Positions 23,620-36,774 of a DNA stretch of 64,000 nt are shown piece after piece. The stretch covers positions 51,274,001 through 51,338,000 of the forward strand of contig NC_043002.1 in NCBI RefSeq assembly GCF_006345805.1, given 5' to 3'. This DNA is from Octopus sinensis (taxonomy: Eukaryota). Position numbers and translations under genes: made by a program. A model generated the notes under the pieces. That model worked only from the letters and a program-made list of their open reading frames with translations, was not told the origin of the DNA and did not search any database. Numbering within the stretch: the stretch's first letter is position 1; each line of letters starts with the position of its first letter.

Positions 23620-25390
23620 TGTAATGAGCTAGGTCGTCTCGCAGTGAATCCACAACATCATGTACAGAAGCTTCCCATGCTTGATAATCACAGACAGCCG
23701 GCAGGGAAATTGTCTATCAGTCCTCATTTCAACTACTGACAACATACACGCAATGGCACGATATCAATTCAAGACTTGGCTTGATCGTACTAATCTATGT
23801 TTTAAGCAACTTATTTTGCCTTTTGCGCCCTTCAGGCGGCATGATGCGACTGCAAAGTAAATGGAATCGCCCTGTTGAGAATGGAATGCGTGACGAAAAC
23901 ACTGTAGATACAATTTTAGCAAAAGTCGTTAGAAAATATCGATTGAGCAATCGCGATGAAATTTGAATTTTGACACAAAATTATGGATACACGAATACGG
24001 AGCCCGCTGCTCTCATCCATTAACTATCAATCCTACAGTAACATGTTGCGAACGGGTGATACGTAGATGCGAATTTTTATTGTAATATGGATCTTCGTCC
24101 AAATCAGAAGCCGTAGTTGAATGCATCAGAATACATAGCGATCGACCTCTTTCGGAATCTCACTTCTGAGTATGAAGAAGAACTTTTCAGAGGGTGACAA
24201 GCTATTGCATTCAACCTGTCTTCGCTGCATTAATGCTTGCATCAAGATGTGATGCGAACACTGATGCGTTCAGTGGCTTATTGGACATCCTACCTCTCGT
24301 CACCAAGTGTCACAAAATCGTTCGCATACATAAGATTTTTGACAATGAAATATCGTCCCATACTAGCACTCTGAAAATCTTGTGGGGCATATTCCACAAT
24401 GATCGTCCTGCGGTGACATTTGCTCAAAAGTATCTCCTTTAATTTGGACACATCCTCTTTTCTCTACAAACTCATCGTCTTGATAGATGTATCAAGGACT
24501 TTCCGGGATAGCGTAACGGCAAGATGATCTTGAATATTGTTAGAAATGTAGCGCAGTCCTGTAAAACAAGTTGAACAAACTTTGAAGGAGTTATATAACC
24601 TCGCCATAACATCAATCCATCTTGAAGAAACGAGAGAGAATTGCACCACACTTTTCTCATGGAAAAGATTCCAGGTTTCAAACCCGTATGGTAACATTGT
24701 ACAGCTAGGGTATCAAGATGACAACAGATTTTGAAAGTCTTGATAGACAATCTTCAACCGAAGCAATGTTACTCTTCCGTTTGTTGCATCAGGATTTTTT
24801 ATCCGTGGAATTGTATTTGTATTGGATCTGCACGGTCGGTTACTTAATAGCATATACTGCAGTTATGGTTCAGCAGGTTTGTGAAATTATCACATTTTTG
24901 AACATTTAACCGTGTTTTGAACATCGAAAACCGTTTCGGCTATGGGTGGGCGGCTCTTTGAGAGAAATTAAAAGATCTGTACTATTTTTCATGTGTCCAC
25001 AATGGAAGCTATTTACTGTATGCTTACAGCTAAAATTATGTAGGAGGATGAGAGAAAGAAAAGTGGAAGAGGAACGAACAAAACTGCTCAAATATAACAG
25101 GAAACATCGTCTCCAGTCAACTGAAACCACAGATATCTGTTATTTCTTTTAACGTTTTTCATCTTTGTTGTCTTCCATTTGTTTACGGTCTTTCAATTCT
25201 TTATTGCATTTAGCCTTACAGAAACCAACTTCTCTTCCTCAACAATTGCTCCCTTATCATCAGTGATTAAATTGCAATCTCTCATCTTCCCACACAGCAT
25301 TTTTATCCTCTCTCAATTTCAAACAAGACAGAGCATTTCACCAATATCTTCAAATTCAACACCTGGGAGAATTACTAGACAATAACTTAC
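23620..25390 (-). pseudogene. Heavily decayed RTE-like LINE reverse-transcriptase region
   Basis: Minus strand MLPYGFETWNL..MARLY..KNLMYANDFVTLG..CSEDRLN resembles the RT pattern L..YG.P..LY..L.YADD..LL..GL.IN..KT; many stops. Confidence 0.55.
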
Positions 25391-25519
25391 TAATTCTATG
25401 GAAGAAATCCACACCTAATCGGTAGTTTGACAAATTAATATATTCCAAAATTAATGTTTTTATAATATTCTATAAATATGTTGACAACGAAACCTAAGAC
25501 TACATATGTTCAATCGCTT

Positions 25520-25762
25520 CATCATATATATTATATATATATATATTATATATATATATATATATATGTATGTATGATGTGTATATCTACCTATATATAT
25601 GTACATACATACATACATTACGTTCCATCATATGCTGTCGTATTATAAAATTATAATATACTACATTTTAGTATAGATAAAGATGAATGGTTTTATATTA
25701 TATAAAGTTTCTTTTTGGAATGGCAATCGGCGGTTGGCCTATACATGTATATCAGCGTGTTG

Positions 25763-25841
<79 letters not shown>

Positions 25842-26050
25842 CTGTGTGTATATATATATATATATATAATGTGTTTGCATATGTATATATATATGTATGT
25901 GTATATGTATGTATACACACACATACACCCACATTGACTTCTGTGTTTACATATTCATACATAAATGTGTGACCGTGCGTGCGTGCGTGTGTGTGTGCGC
26001 GCGCTTATGTGTATTTGCTTGTATGTGTGTATATGTCTGTGCATATGTGT
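25520..26050. repeat. (TA)n/(TG)n microsatellites
   Basis: Directly visible. Confidence 0.9.
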
Positions 26051-26341
26051 TGTTTGTTGTGCTGTGTGTCTTCGCACTTAAGCCAGCATTTCATCTCTTC
26101 ACATAATCTTCTGAACCGCAGCATTTGTTGTTTTTTGGCTTTCTTTTTTTTTTTTTTTTTTTCCTTTTGTTTCATTTTCGTTTTACTCAAATGTTATCCA
26201 TAAAGAATGTTTGTTTTTCATACTGTTGCTATTTTTGTTGGTGGTGGTGATGGTGATGGTGTCCTTATCGCCGATGTTGATGCTTCTGCTGTGGTACTGT
26301 TCTTCACGATGTTGATGTTGTTGATGATAATGATAATGATA

Positions 26342-26380
<39 letters not shown>

Positions 26381-26747
26381 TCGACGATGTTTTTCTCCTC
26401 AAAGACTAGAATTCAGAAGCAATTGTACGAAATGTGTCACAGAGTTGTACAAGCGAAACATTATAACATGAAGAAGAATCAACGAGGGGTTTTCTACGCG
26501 TTTCACTCTATGTGTTTTAAATTTGACAGCTCAATCTTGTCATCAAACTTACCAATGCTTGTACTTGTTTTATTATTTTTACCTTTTATTTTTTATTTCT
26601 TTATTTATTTTTATTTTATTTTTATTTTCTTTCTAATGTAAGAATCACAGACCTTCGGTCCGAAGATATGTAGATATGTGTACCTTAAGTCTGCAATGAA
26701 ATCATGATGGCTATGCCTTGAATATATATGCGTGTGTGTATGTTGAT

Positions 26748-26798
<51 letters not shown>

Positions 26799-26827
26799 GA
26801 ACACACAGACAATCACACACACACAAA

Positions 26828-26896
<69 letters not shown>

Positions 26897-26900
<4 letters not shown>

Positions 26901-28204
26901 GTCGTATCAAATGTTCCGGACTAGTTCTATAGCACGCCAACAGGTGACAGCACACAGGTACGTGCGTTAATGAGAGCTAGCAGTGACCTTCATGAGGCAG
27001 TGTGTCGAGTGACATTGCTGTGTCTATTTTGCAAGTTGTGAAATTTGTGTTGTTTTTTTTTTTTATCACATGTATGATGTAGTCTACGATTTTGTCATGG
27101 ACAGAAAGTTAGAACAAAGAGCCAACATGAAATTTTACGTTAAAACTTGGGAAGTCTGCTACAGAAACATTGAGCATTCTTCGGCAAGCTTAGGGCGATG
27201 AGGCACTGCGTCGTACGCAATGTTTTGATTGGTACGGGCGTTTCAAAAGCGGAAGAACGTCCCTTGAAGACGATGAACAGTCTGGAAGACCTGCTACAAG
27301 CGTCACCCCCGAGAATGGGGAGAAAATTCATCAGCTTATGCACGATGATCGTTGGATGACAATCAATAACTTTGCTGATATTATTGATCTGTCTTATGGG
27401 TCCTTGTAGGCAATCCTAACATCGGAATTGAACATGCAGCGTGTTTCTGCTAAGTTTTTCCCCGCCTGCTGACCACTGAGCAGATAGACTATCGTGTCGA
27501 AGTCTGTCAAGATCACCATCAGAGTGCTGCTGATGAACCATCCTTCATGTCGAAGATCAGCAATAGTGACGAGAGTTGGGTCTGCAGGTACAACTCTGAG
27601 ACGAAGCAGCAGTTGTCACAATGGAAGACCCCTTTATTTCCACGACCGAAGAAGGTACGACTGAGCCGCAGCTCAGTTACAAGCATGCTCATCGTTTAAT
27701 TTATTTCGACATCTACGGTATCGTGCATCGAAAATTCGACACCCCAGGATCAGACCGTCAATCAAGAATTCTGCAACGTTTTGAAGTTTTTGATTTAGGA
27801 CATCCAGTGAAAGCGACAGAGTGTTTGGAGCACAAAGAATTCAATTCTTCACGACGACAATACAGCCTGTCACCGAGCTCTCCTCACTCCTAGCATCACT
27901 TCCTCTCCCGCCCTATTTGCCAAATTTAGCACGTGTAGACTTCCTTCTCTTTCCCAAGGCGAAATTGCAGCTCAAAGGTACGTCGTTTTAGAATCGCTGT
28001 AGTGATCCACAGCGAATCGCAGAACGTCCTCGACTAGCGTACGGAAAACAGCTTCCAGGTCGGATTCCAAAAGTGCTACGAACGCTGAGACCGGTGTATT
28101 GCTGCGCAGGGTGACTACTTCGAAGGAGATTAAGTTAAAACTTAGGCATATTAGTTACATTTTATTAAACATAACTAGTCCGTGAACTTTTTGATATCAC
28201 ATCC
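26897..28204 (+). mobile_element. Full-length decayed mariner element (~1.3 kb)
   Basis: Flanked by TA at 26895-26896 and 28205-28206; imperfect TIRs gtatcaaatgttccggactagtt / aactagtccgtgaactttttgatatc. Confidence 0.9.
27097..28133 (+). pseudogene. Mariner DD34D transposase pseudogene
   Basis: MDRKLEQRANMKF..GKSATET..WYGRFKSGRTSLEDDEQSGRP..VSAKFFPRLLT..SNSDESWV..YFDIYGIVH..PPYLPNLARVDFLLFPK..DRCIAAQGDYFEGD*; several stops and frameshifts. Confidence 0.92.
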
Positions 28205-28585
28205 TAATATACGCAAATACGGAACAGTGAGAATAAGTGCTCAACGCCACACTGGTGGATAACTATTCGTTCTTTGTGCGTTAACCAGTCCATCAATGGC
28301 TTAATGTAAAGAGGAATCATCTAACGATTATCAAGCCTGTTACATGGGAACGTTGGTACTCGTCTTCATTTTTGGATGAGATTACACCAAGTCACACGAG
28401 AATGTACAATCTCGTATGTACGAATCTATCGTATGTGTGTACACACACGTACACACACATAGGTACATACATACATACATACATACATACATACATACAT
28501 ACATACATACATACATACATACATACATACATACATACACGCACATGTACATATGAGTGTCTATGTGTGTGTGTGCGTGTATATA

Positions 28586-28729
28586 TCGGTCCCACTGCAC
28601 AGCATTTTTAGCAAGTGTCTTCTATTATAGCCTCGGGACAACGAAAGCCTTGTAAGTGGACTTGGTTGACGGAAACTGAATGAATCCCGCCCTACATGCA
28701 TTTGTGAGTATGTGTGTGTGTATGTATCT

Positions 28730-28762
<33 letters not shown>

Positions 28763-28987
28763 TGAGAGAGGGAGTCTTATGTTTTTATTTGTCATCCACG
28801 GCCGCTTGCGAACAGGTGTTGTTGTTTACATTCCCATAAGCTAGCGGTTTGGCAAAAGATCCCGGTAAAATAAGTATCAGGCTTAACAAAATTAAATACT
28901 GGATCCATTCGTTCGACCAAAATTTCTCAAAATGATGCCCCAGCATGGCTGCAGTTTAACGAGTAAAAGAAGTAAAAGATAAAAGAT
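28586..28987 (+). mobile_element. SINE family B (5'-truncated) with internal (TG)n(GA)n
   Basis: Matches the family consensus through to gtaaaagataaaaga. Confidence 0.85.
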
Positions 28988-29100
28988 ATATAAAGCTCAA
29001 AAATTTCGATTAATGAAATTTGTATGACATTATCAGATATGCAGTGGTTAATTAGTTTTCTTATCATTAACTTCGTTGTTATTATCATTAGTGTTGTCTA

Positions 29101-29860
29101 AGGCTGCGAGATGGCAGGATTGTTAGCACGCTGGGCAAAATGCTTTGCAGTATTTCGTCTGTCTTCGTGTTCTGAGTTCAAATTCCTACGAGGTCGACTT
29201 TGCCTTTCATTCTTCCGGGTACGATAAAATAAGTATCAGTTGAGCACTGGGGTTAATGTAATTGACTTATCCCTCTCCGATCTTGCTGGCCTTGTGCTAA
29301 CATTTGAAATCAATATCATTAATGTTGTAAGTCGGCGAGCTGCCAGAATCATTAGCACACCGGGCGAAATGCTTAGCAGTATTTCATCTGCAGTTACGTT
29401 CTGAGTTCAAATTCTGCCGAGATCGACTTTGCCTTTCATCCTTTCGGGGTCGATTAAATAATTACCAGTTACGCACTGGAGTCGATGTAATAGACTTAAT
29501 CCCTTTGTCTGTCTTTGTTTGTCATCTCTGTGTTTAGCCCCTTGTGGCTAGTAAAGAAATAGGTATTTCGTCCGTCCTGACGTTCTGAGTTCAAATTCCG
29601 CCGCGGTCTACTTTCCTTTCATCCTTTCGGGGTCGATGTAATCGACTAGCCCCTTCGCTATGAATTTCAGGCCTTGTATCTTTAGTAGAGAGGATTATTA
29701 GTGCTATTATTGTGTTGTTATTAGTGTTGTTAACGCAGCGAGCTGACAGAATCTTTAGGATGTCGGGCAAAACGTTTAGCGGTATTTCTCCAGAAACTTA
29801 TATTCTCAGATCAAATACAGCTGAGGTCAATTTTGCCTTTTTTCCTCTGACGGTGATTTA
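29101..29860 (+). mobile_element. Tandem array of about four SINE family A units, plus strand
   Basis: Units at ~29101-29318, 29329-29562, 29563-29700 (headless) and 29730-29860. Confidence 0.88.
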
Positions 29861-29986
29861 ATTGGCATGTCTAGCATATTGAACAGCCCTCGAGACAGTC
29901 CCTCTCTGGTCCCAGGGGTTGTAGAAAGATCTACAGTGAAGTGTAGGGTGAATAGTGAATAGTGAGACTTTCTCGCTTGGCATGTC

Positions 29987-30560
29987 AAAATCGATTACAT
30001 CGACTCCAGTGTTTTACTAGTGCTTATTTTATCGATCTTGAAAGGGATGAAAGACAAAGTCGGCCTCGGCGGAATTTGAGCAAAGAGCGTAAAGATGGAT
30101 GAAATACTGCTAAGCATTTTGTTCGACGTGCTAACGATTCTTATTCCTTTACTACCCACAAGGGGCTACACACAGAGGGGACAAACGAGGACAGACAAAC
30201 GGATTAAGTCGATTATATCTAACCGGTACTTATATAATCGACCCCGAAAGGATGAAAGGCAAAGTCGACCTCGGCGGAATTTGAACTCAGAACGTAGCGG
30301 CAGACGAAATACCGCTAAGCATTTCGCCCGGCGTGCTAACGATTCTGCCAGCTCGCCGCCTTGCGTAGAAATTATTAATATTGGCCTGAAATGTTGGCAC
30401 AAGGTCAGTAATTTCAGGGAAAAAGATAGGTCAATTACATTGACCCCAAAGCAAAGTTGACCTCGGAGGAATTTGTCCTCAGAATGTAAAGACGAACGAA
30501 ATATTAAGCAATTTTATCGGCGTGCTAACGATTATGCATTCTCACCGCACTACGTAGGAA
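29987..30560 (-). mobile_element. Tandem array of about three SINE family A units, minus strand
   Basis: Units at ~29987-30140, 30141-30362 (near consensus) and 30385-30560. Confidence 0.88.
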
Positions 30561-30829
30561 CTATAATATTAATTTGTTTTTATCAATTTTTCTTGCACGT
30601 GTGTTTTAGAGTGTGCGCGTATAAATATTTTCGTTTTAGGTAAATGCTTTTGATACGTTTCTTTTTTTCTTTGACGGAGGGGTTTAACATGATATTGCAG
30701 GATGATTTGTTTTCAAACTCCTTCACGTATCACCAAGTGTTTGTCATCACTGATCTAGAGCATAGAAGATGGTGGTCCGAAAGTCTTGTTACCCACTACC
30801 AATGAGAACAATAGAAGAACAAGTAATGC

Positions 30830-31202
30830 AGTAATCCAAAGCACGAACTGGACCCTGTCACTTATTCTTTATAAGCCTAGTACTTATTCTATCGTTCTCC
30901 TTTGTCGAACCGCTAAGTTATGGGAACGTGAACACACCAATATCGGTTGTCAAGTGATGGTTGCGGGAAAAACACAGCCACACACACACACACATACACA
31001 CACACACACAGATATATATATATTTTTTTTTTCTCTCCTTGTTTCTTTCTGTGTTTCTTTTCTGTGTATCTTTCTGTTGAAGAGCGTAGGCTCGAAACGT
31101 AAAATACTTGTTTTATTTATATTCCTGAGCGCCATACTAATACAATTGTTTGTTTGTATTCCACCTGCCTTCGTCTTTTGTTTATTTTCATAAAGCTTCC
31201 CG

Positions 31203-31238
<36 letters not shown>

Positions 31239-31394
31239 GACGGGCTTCTTTCTGTTTCCGTCTACCATGTCCACTCACAAGGCTGTGGTCGACCCGAGGC
31301 TATAGTAGAAGATACTTGCCCAAGTTGCCACACAGTGGGACTAAACCCAGAATCATGTGGTTGGTAAGCAAGCCTCTTACCACACTGCCACTCC
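30830..31394 (-). mobile_element. SINE family B with a PLE-like fragment in its internal microsatellite
   Basis: Tail half ~30860-30980 and head half 31239-31394; between them (CA)n, a plus-strand PLE-like piece and (TA)n. Confidence 0.8.
31071..31104 (+). ncRNA. Degenerate minimal hammerhead motif (CUGUUGA core)
   Basis: ttt-CTGTTGA-a-gagc-gtag-gctc-GAAA-cg-TA-aaa; palindromic acgt stem III; core A6 mutated. Confidence 0.5.
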
Positions 31395-31584
31395 TAGCAT
31401 TACATTATCCAAGAGTCATCTCTTTGCAAGAGACGAACATTGCTCTTCATTTGCTTCGAGATGAGGTTCGTGTTATTGTGGCTGGCGTTGTCCATTCTTC
31501 CTCTGAATGTTATTGTTTCCATTAATGTTGTCATTGTTGTTGTCATTACTATAGTATTGTTATTATTGTATGAAGTGATGCAAT

Positions 31585-31775
31585 GGCAGAAGTGATACAG
31601 TTTCGAACGAAACGCCTTGTAGTGTCGTTTCTGAGTTCAAACCCCACAGAGAGATTGTCAATGTTTTTCATCTTTTAGGGGTCGATAAAATTATATACCA
31701 GTCAATTACTGGGGTAGATTTAATTGACAAACTTCCCCCGACAAAATTTCTGGTTTTCTTTCTCTCATAAAACCA
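31585..31775 (+). mobile_element. Decayed SINE family A
   Basis: gcaatggcagaa..ttctgagttcaaacc..ggggtcgataaaa..ctggggtagatttaattgac. Confidence 0.7.
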
Positions 31776-32049
31776 ATGGCTGTTATTGTTGTTATCGTTG
31801 TTGTTGTTGTTTTCGTGGTTATTTTTATTGTTGTCGTCGTCGTCGACGTAGTCGTTGTTGTTGTTGTTGTTATTGTTGTAGATGTTATTAATAGGCGTCT
31901 CGTTTCAGTCTCGACCTGTCAGTTGCTATTAACAATCACATCAGCAACAATCTCCACAACCCCTACTCCACCCACATCTCTTGCACCACCACTTCCACCA
32001 TTTTCGCCACGTATTTCGAACCTCTTCTTCATCTACTTCTTCTAAGGCG

Positions 32050-32570
32050 TCGCTATTGTCATCATCACCGTCGTCGTGGTGATCGTTTTCATCATAACCA
32101 TCACTACCACAGCCACCACAATCACCACCACGAGCACAACCACCACCAATACCACCACCACCATCACTACTACTACCACCAGAATCACCACCACCATCAA
32201 CACCGCCGCCGCCACAACCACCACAACCATCACCATTACAATCACTACCATCATCATAACCACCACTATCACCGCCACCACCACTATCGTTACCGCCACT
32301 ATCACCACCACCACAACAATCACCACCACAACAATCACCACCACAACAATCACCACCACAACCACCACAACTACCATAACAATCACCACCATAACCACCA
32401 CCACCGCCGCCGCCGCCGCCGCCACAACCACCACTACCACCACGACTACCATCACAATTACCACCATAACCACTATCATCACCACCACCACCATCATCAC
32501 TATCACTATCATCAGTGTCAACAACAGAGAGAACAGCAGCAGCGGCAGCAGTAGCCACCAGTACGAATGC
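32050..32570. repeat. Degenerate (ACC/ATC)n triplet satellite with a 15-bp higher-order unit accaccacaacaatc
   Basis: Directly visible; gives stop-free Thr/Ile, Val and Gly/Asp/Cys frames. Confidence 0.9.
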
Positions 32571-33048
32571 ATGTTTCCCTAGATACACGCATGCGTAGAC
32601 AAACATAATACATTCAAAACAATGTTATACAATGCAAAACACGCATACACCCCCCACACACACGCACACACTCGCACACACGCGCACACACACACATACA
32701 CACGCTCACGCACTCGCGCACACAATACACTTATCCTATTGCAATCTTGTTTTGCAACCAGTACCAACAACATCGCTCCTGGCTTTATCATCACCATCAT
32801 CATCAAGAGGGAATGATCGTCATAGTCGCCATCATCATCATCGTAGTCATTGTCCTCATCATCATAACATCGTCATCATCATTGTCATCTAGAGGACATG
32901 GTTGGTATTATCATCATCCACGTCGTGGTCGACTTCACATGATCATCACGACCACCGGCACCACCAACCGTCACCACCAACAACCACTACTATCAAATCA
33001 CCATCATCATCATCATCATCATCGTCATCGTCGTCGTCATCATTTGCC

Positions 33049-33173
33049 AGCGGAGTGAAAAGGAGCAGCTTCAATTAAAGTTTCTTGCTCAAAGACACTC
33101 CTCGCCGCCGGGAATCGAACTCACAACTTTCACGATCGTAAGCTGAATACCCTAACCACTGAACCACGCACCT
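33049..33173 (-). mobile_element. SINE family C head
   Basis: cttgctcaaagacac..gggaatcgaactcac..ccctaaccactgaaccacgcacc. Confidence 0.8.
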
Positions 33174-33179
33174 AATCAT

Positions 33180-34560
33180 CATTATAATCACCACCAGTAG
33201 AATTCCAATCGTCACAAGCACACCTTCACGGTCACAATCACAATATCATCATAACCAGTGTCATAATCATCACCAACGCAACCCTCATAATACGACTATC
33301 CTAAGCACAACGACCATTACAAGTACAACACAATTAACAAGGCCATCGCCGCCTCCGTCATAACCATCATCATAACCTCCAATAAAACAACTACGATCAC
33401 AGTTACACCTACACAGCTAACATCACAGTCAGAATCACAACCATCATCATAACCCCTACATTTACCATAACTACTATCACAACCAACTTTACAGAAATCC
33501 TCACAACTGACATCATAACCACGATCATAATTATATGACCATATACTACAAACTAGTGTCCCAACTGTATCTTCAGAACCGTGCTCACAACTATCATCAT
33601 AATTTCATCAACTATGAAAGCTACACCACATGTATTATGACCATTCCAAAACACCATAATGACCATCACATATATCACATGCGCTATCACAACCACACCT
33701 TCGGAACTATCTTCTCAACACTATCATAGCCAATATTGTAGTTGCCACCAAAACCACAACCACTAATCACAATCGTCTTTCCAAGTATCATCACAGCAAC
33801 TATTATCACAAATGTCCAACAACTAACATAGTCATCGCAACCACCGTCATAACCATCATCATAATTGATATCAATAGTGTAACTTCCACCACAACCATCA
33901 TAATAGCAATTATCAAAAACAACTTCACAACTACACTACCGACAGCATGGCCATTACACTTATCATCATAACATCATCGCAACTAACACCTTTACAACGA
34001 AGATCATAAAAGCTACTTTAATAACCATAATCATCATCAGAGCTACACTACGGCTAACATGGTCTTCGCAACCACAGTCATTATCATTATCATAGTTGGT
34101 AATTATTATCATATCTTAACTACCATCACAACCATTATAATAAAATTGTCATAACCACAATCACTGTTACAACTACACCACAGAAAACATGAACATTATA
34201 ATAATCAGTATAACAATCACAACTGCCACTTATACCACAACCATCTTCTCAACCACCATCATAACCATCATCATAATTTGCAATGATGCCATAATTACCA
34301 CTAAAGTCATCATAACCATCGCAACCACTAGCTTCATTACGACTACACCACAAAAAAACGTGGCCATTACAATCATTATAACATAATCACAAGTATTACC
34401 GCTTTAACAACATCTTAACAAAGGTAACTGTGGTCATAACTACACCACAGCTAATCGGACCATTATAACCACATCACAACCATCATCAGCATCACAACAG
34501 GTTACAGTGAACGTAGCTGTTAAACAGGTCTCCACAATTCCCAATTATAATAAACATCAC
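33180..34560. repeat. About 1.4 kb cryptic triplet (ACC/ATC/AAC/AAT) low-complexity tract
   Basis: Very G-poor plus strand with period-3 A; no long ORF. Confidence 0.8.
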
Positions 34561-34980
34561 CACAACCAGTTCAAATATTACAACTTCCCTTCCAACCATC
34601 GTCATTTTGAAAATTATATATTTTCGAACGGGATCGTCTAGCCGAGCAGCTATTCTGTTCTGATAAAGAGCAATAACCCAGAAACTGGTCCATAGATGTT
34701 GCTTTGTGCTGGATAGGGGTGCTGAGCTCCCCTATTTGAAAATATAAGGACACAGATATTGTGTCATGTAGGCAGCTGGAAACGATGTTCCTGAGGCTAA
34801 AAAACAGTAATATTCACCCCATCAAGGACTGCCACATTATGTTGTTGGCTAATAGTTTTTACTTTAAAGTACTGGTGCTAAATATCTCTCTTTGAGAGAT
34901 TTAGAAATAATAATGTTTCTATTTATCACAGACTTTAAAAACGCAGTCACTAACACTGCCACACGCAGCGTCACAACTAG

Positions 34981-35210
34981 TACCTATTTCTTTATTACCC
35001 ACAAGGGGCTAAACATAGAGGGGACAAACAAGGACAGACATAGGTATTAAGTCGATTACATCGATCCCAGTGCGGAACTGGTACTTAATTTATTGACCCC
35101 GAAAGGATGAAAGGCAAAGTCAACCTCGGCAGAATTTGAACTCACAACGTAACGACAGACGAAATACCGCTAAGCATTTCATCCGGCGTGCTAACGTTTC
35201 TGCCAGCTCA
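34981..35210 (-). mobile_element. Near-consensus SINE family A
   Basis: tacctatttctttattacccacaaggggc..gcgtgctaacgtttctgccagctc. Confidence 0.92.
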
Positions 35211-35379
35211 CATACACCACCCACAAGGGTGGTAGCTGTAATGATAATGATGGTGGCGAGGAAGCGATATATGGTGGCGTTTGAAGGTGGTTATTACCAT
35301 GGTGGTTATGGTTTCAATGACGACAGTGTTGCGGCTGGATACGACCGTTTCCTTTGGGAAAATAGCTTGAACAACTACT

Positions 35380-35930
35380 GTCAGTTCAACTGGTGGCAGT
35401 CGTGGTGATGAGGGCGATGACGGAAGTAACGGAGGCGATTATAGCGACAACAGTGATGGTAGTAGTGGTGGTGGTGGTGGTTGTCGTAATCGTCGTTGTC
35501 GTCACCGTCATCGTCTTTGTTTTGGCAATGAGTGGTTGTGGCGGCGGTAGCGGAGCAGCAGCGATGGTGGTCGTGGTCATTGTCATTGCTCTTGTCGCCA
35601 TCGTCATTGCTGTCGTCATTCTTTTTTTTTTTGTTTTGCTGGTGGTGGTGGTGGTGGTGGTGGTGGTGTGGTTATGGTAGTAAGCACAGTCGTGGTTGTG
35701 GTCGTCGACGCTATGTGCGTTTCTATCGTCGTCGTTGACGTTTTTTCCACGGTGATGGTCATGATGGTGGTAGTGTCAATAGCGGCGGCGATGGTGGCAG
35801 TGGTGGCGGTGGTAGTTATGATGATAGTAGTGAACGTCGGTGACGTCTTCGTTCTGAAGGTGAGATGGAGGTGCAGGCAGTGGTACTAGTAGGAGTGGTG
35901 GCGGTAGTGGTGGTGGTGGTGGTGACGTAT
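35380..35930. repeat. (GGT/GTC/GAT)n triplet tract
   Basis: Directly visible. Confidence 0.9.
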
Positions 35931-36254
35931 GCATTATGAAGATAGGATGGTAGTGGTGGTAACGCTTTGAGCAAAGGGCCTTGATGTCTCATCGTAATCA
36001 TTAGTCCAAGATCCTTGTTTGATGCCTCTTTCGGCATCCGCCCTTTCTCTCCCTCATCCCGGTCCACGGATTCTGACCTACTCCTCTGACCAACATCAAC
36101 CAGCCAACTAACAAGCCAATCCACTCACTTCCTCACTCAATGTATAACTAGCACTCCTTCCCATTGCGACTGTCATACTGTAACTATTTCTACCAACACC
36201 AACAACAGCAACAACAACCACATCACTACCACCACCACCACCACCACCACCACC

Positions 36255-36592
36255 CTGAAACCCCCTTCGGTCACGACACAGACCATGGGATTGCACCTAG
36301 AAAGTTATCCTCCCAAGCACAATCCGGGCAAGGTTGTTTATGGAAGACCAGCAGTCGCCCATGCATACCCGCCTCTCCTCTCCACGCCACCCGTGTTATC
36401 CATAGGAGAGGCAAAGACCGATATAGCTTGGCACCTGTGACGACGCAACTCATTTCTACAGCTGAGTGAACTGGAGCAACGTGAAATAAAGTGGTTTGCT
36501 CAAGAACACAACACGCAGCCTGGTCCGAGATTCGAACTCACAACTTCACGATCGTAAGCTCGACGCTCTAACGACTGAGCCATGCGCCTTCA
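36255..36592 (-). mobile_element. Full-length SINE with family C head and a distinct RTE-related tail
   Basis: Head ..gagattcgaactcac..gagccatgcgcc; body ..gaagaccagcagtcgcccatgc..; tail cccttcggtcacgac..ccatgggattgc. Confidence 0.8.
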
Positions 36593-36774
36593 CAACCACC
36601 ACCACCATAACCATTAATATTACCATCACCTCTCTATATAACTGATATCCCTTCTACATCTGCCTCCGCCTCCAGTAACGCAACCTCGATCATTCAACGC
36701 CGAACCATCACCCCCGTCACCGCTAATAAGGCTATCACTGCTATCAATCCAACAACCATCATAAATAAAGCTAG

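Noticed and set aside
26060-26125. Minus-strand NKCCGSEDY resembling the tetraspanin CCG motif
   Set aside because: A stop follows within four codons and there is no splice acceptor upstream
30270-30362. tRNA-like cloverleaf with A and B boxes (also in other SINE heads)
   Set aside because: It continues directly into SINE body and tail and recurs more than 20 times with variable decay; not a tRNA gene
31941-32606. 221-aa Gly/Asp/Cys-rich ORF (GGDCCGGDCC) resembling a structural protein
   Set aside because: It lies wholly in a degenerate triplet satellite; three different frames are open, and there is no unique domain or convincing splice context
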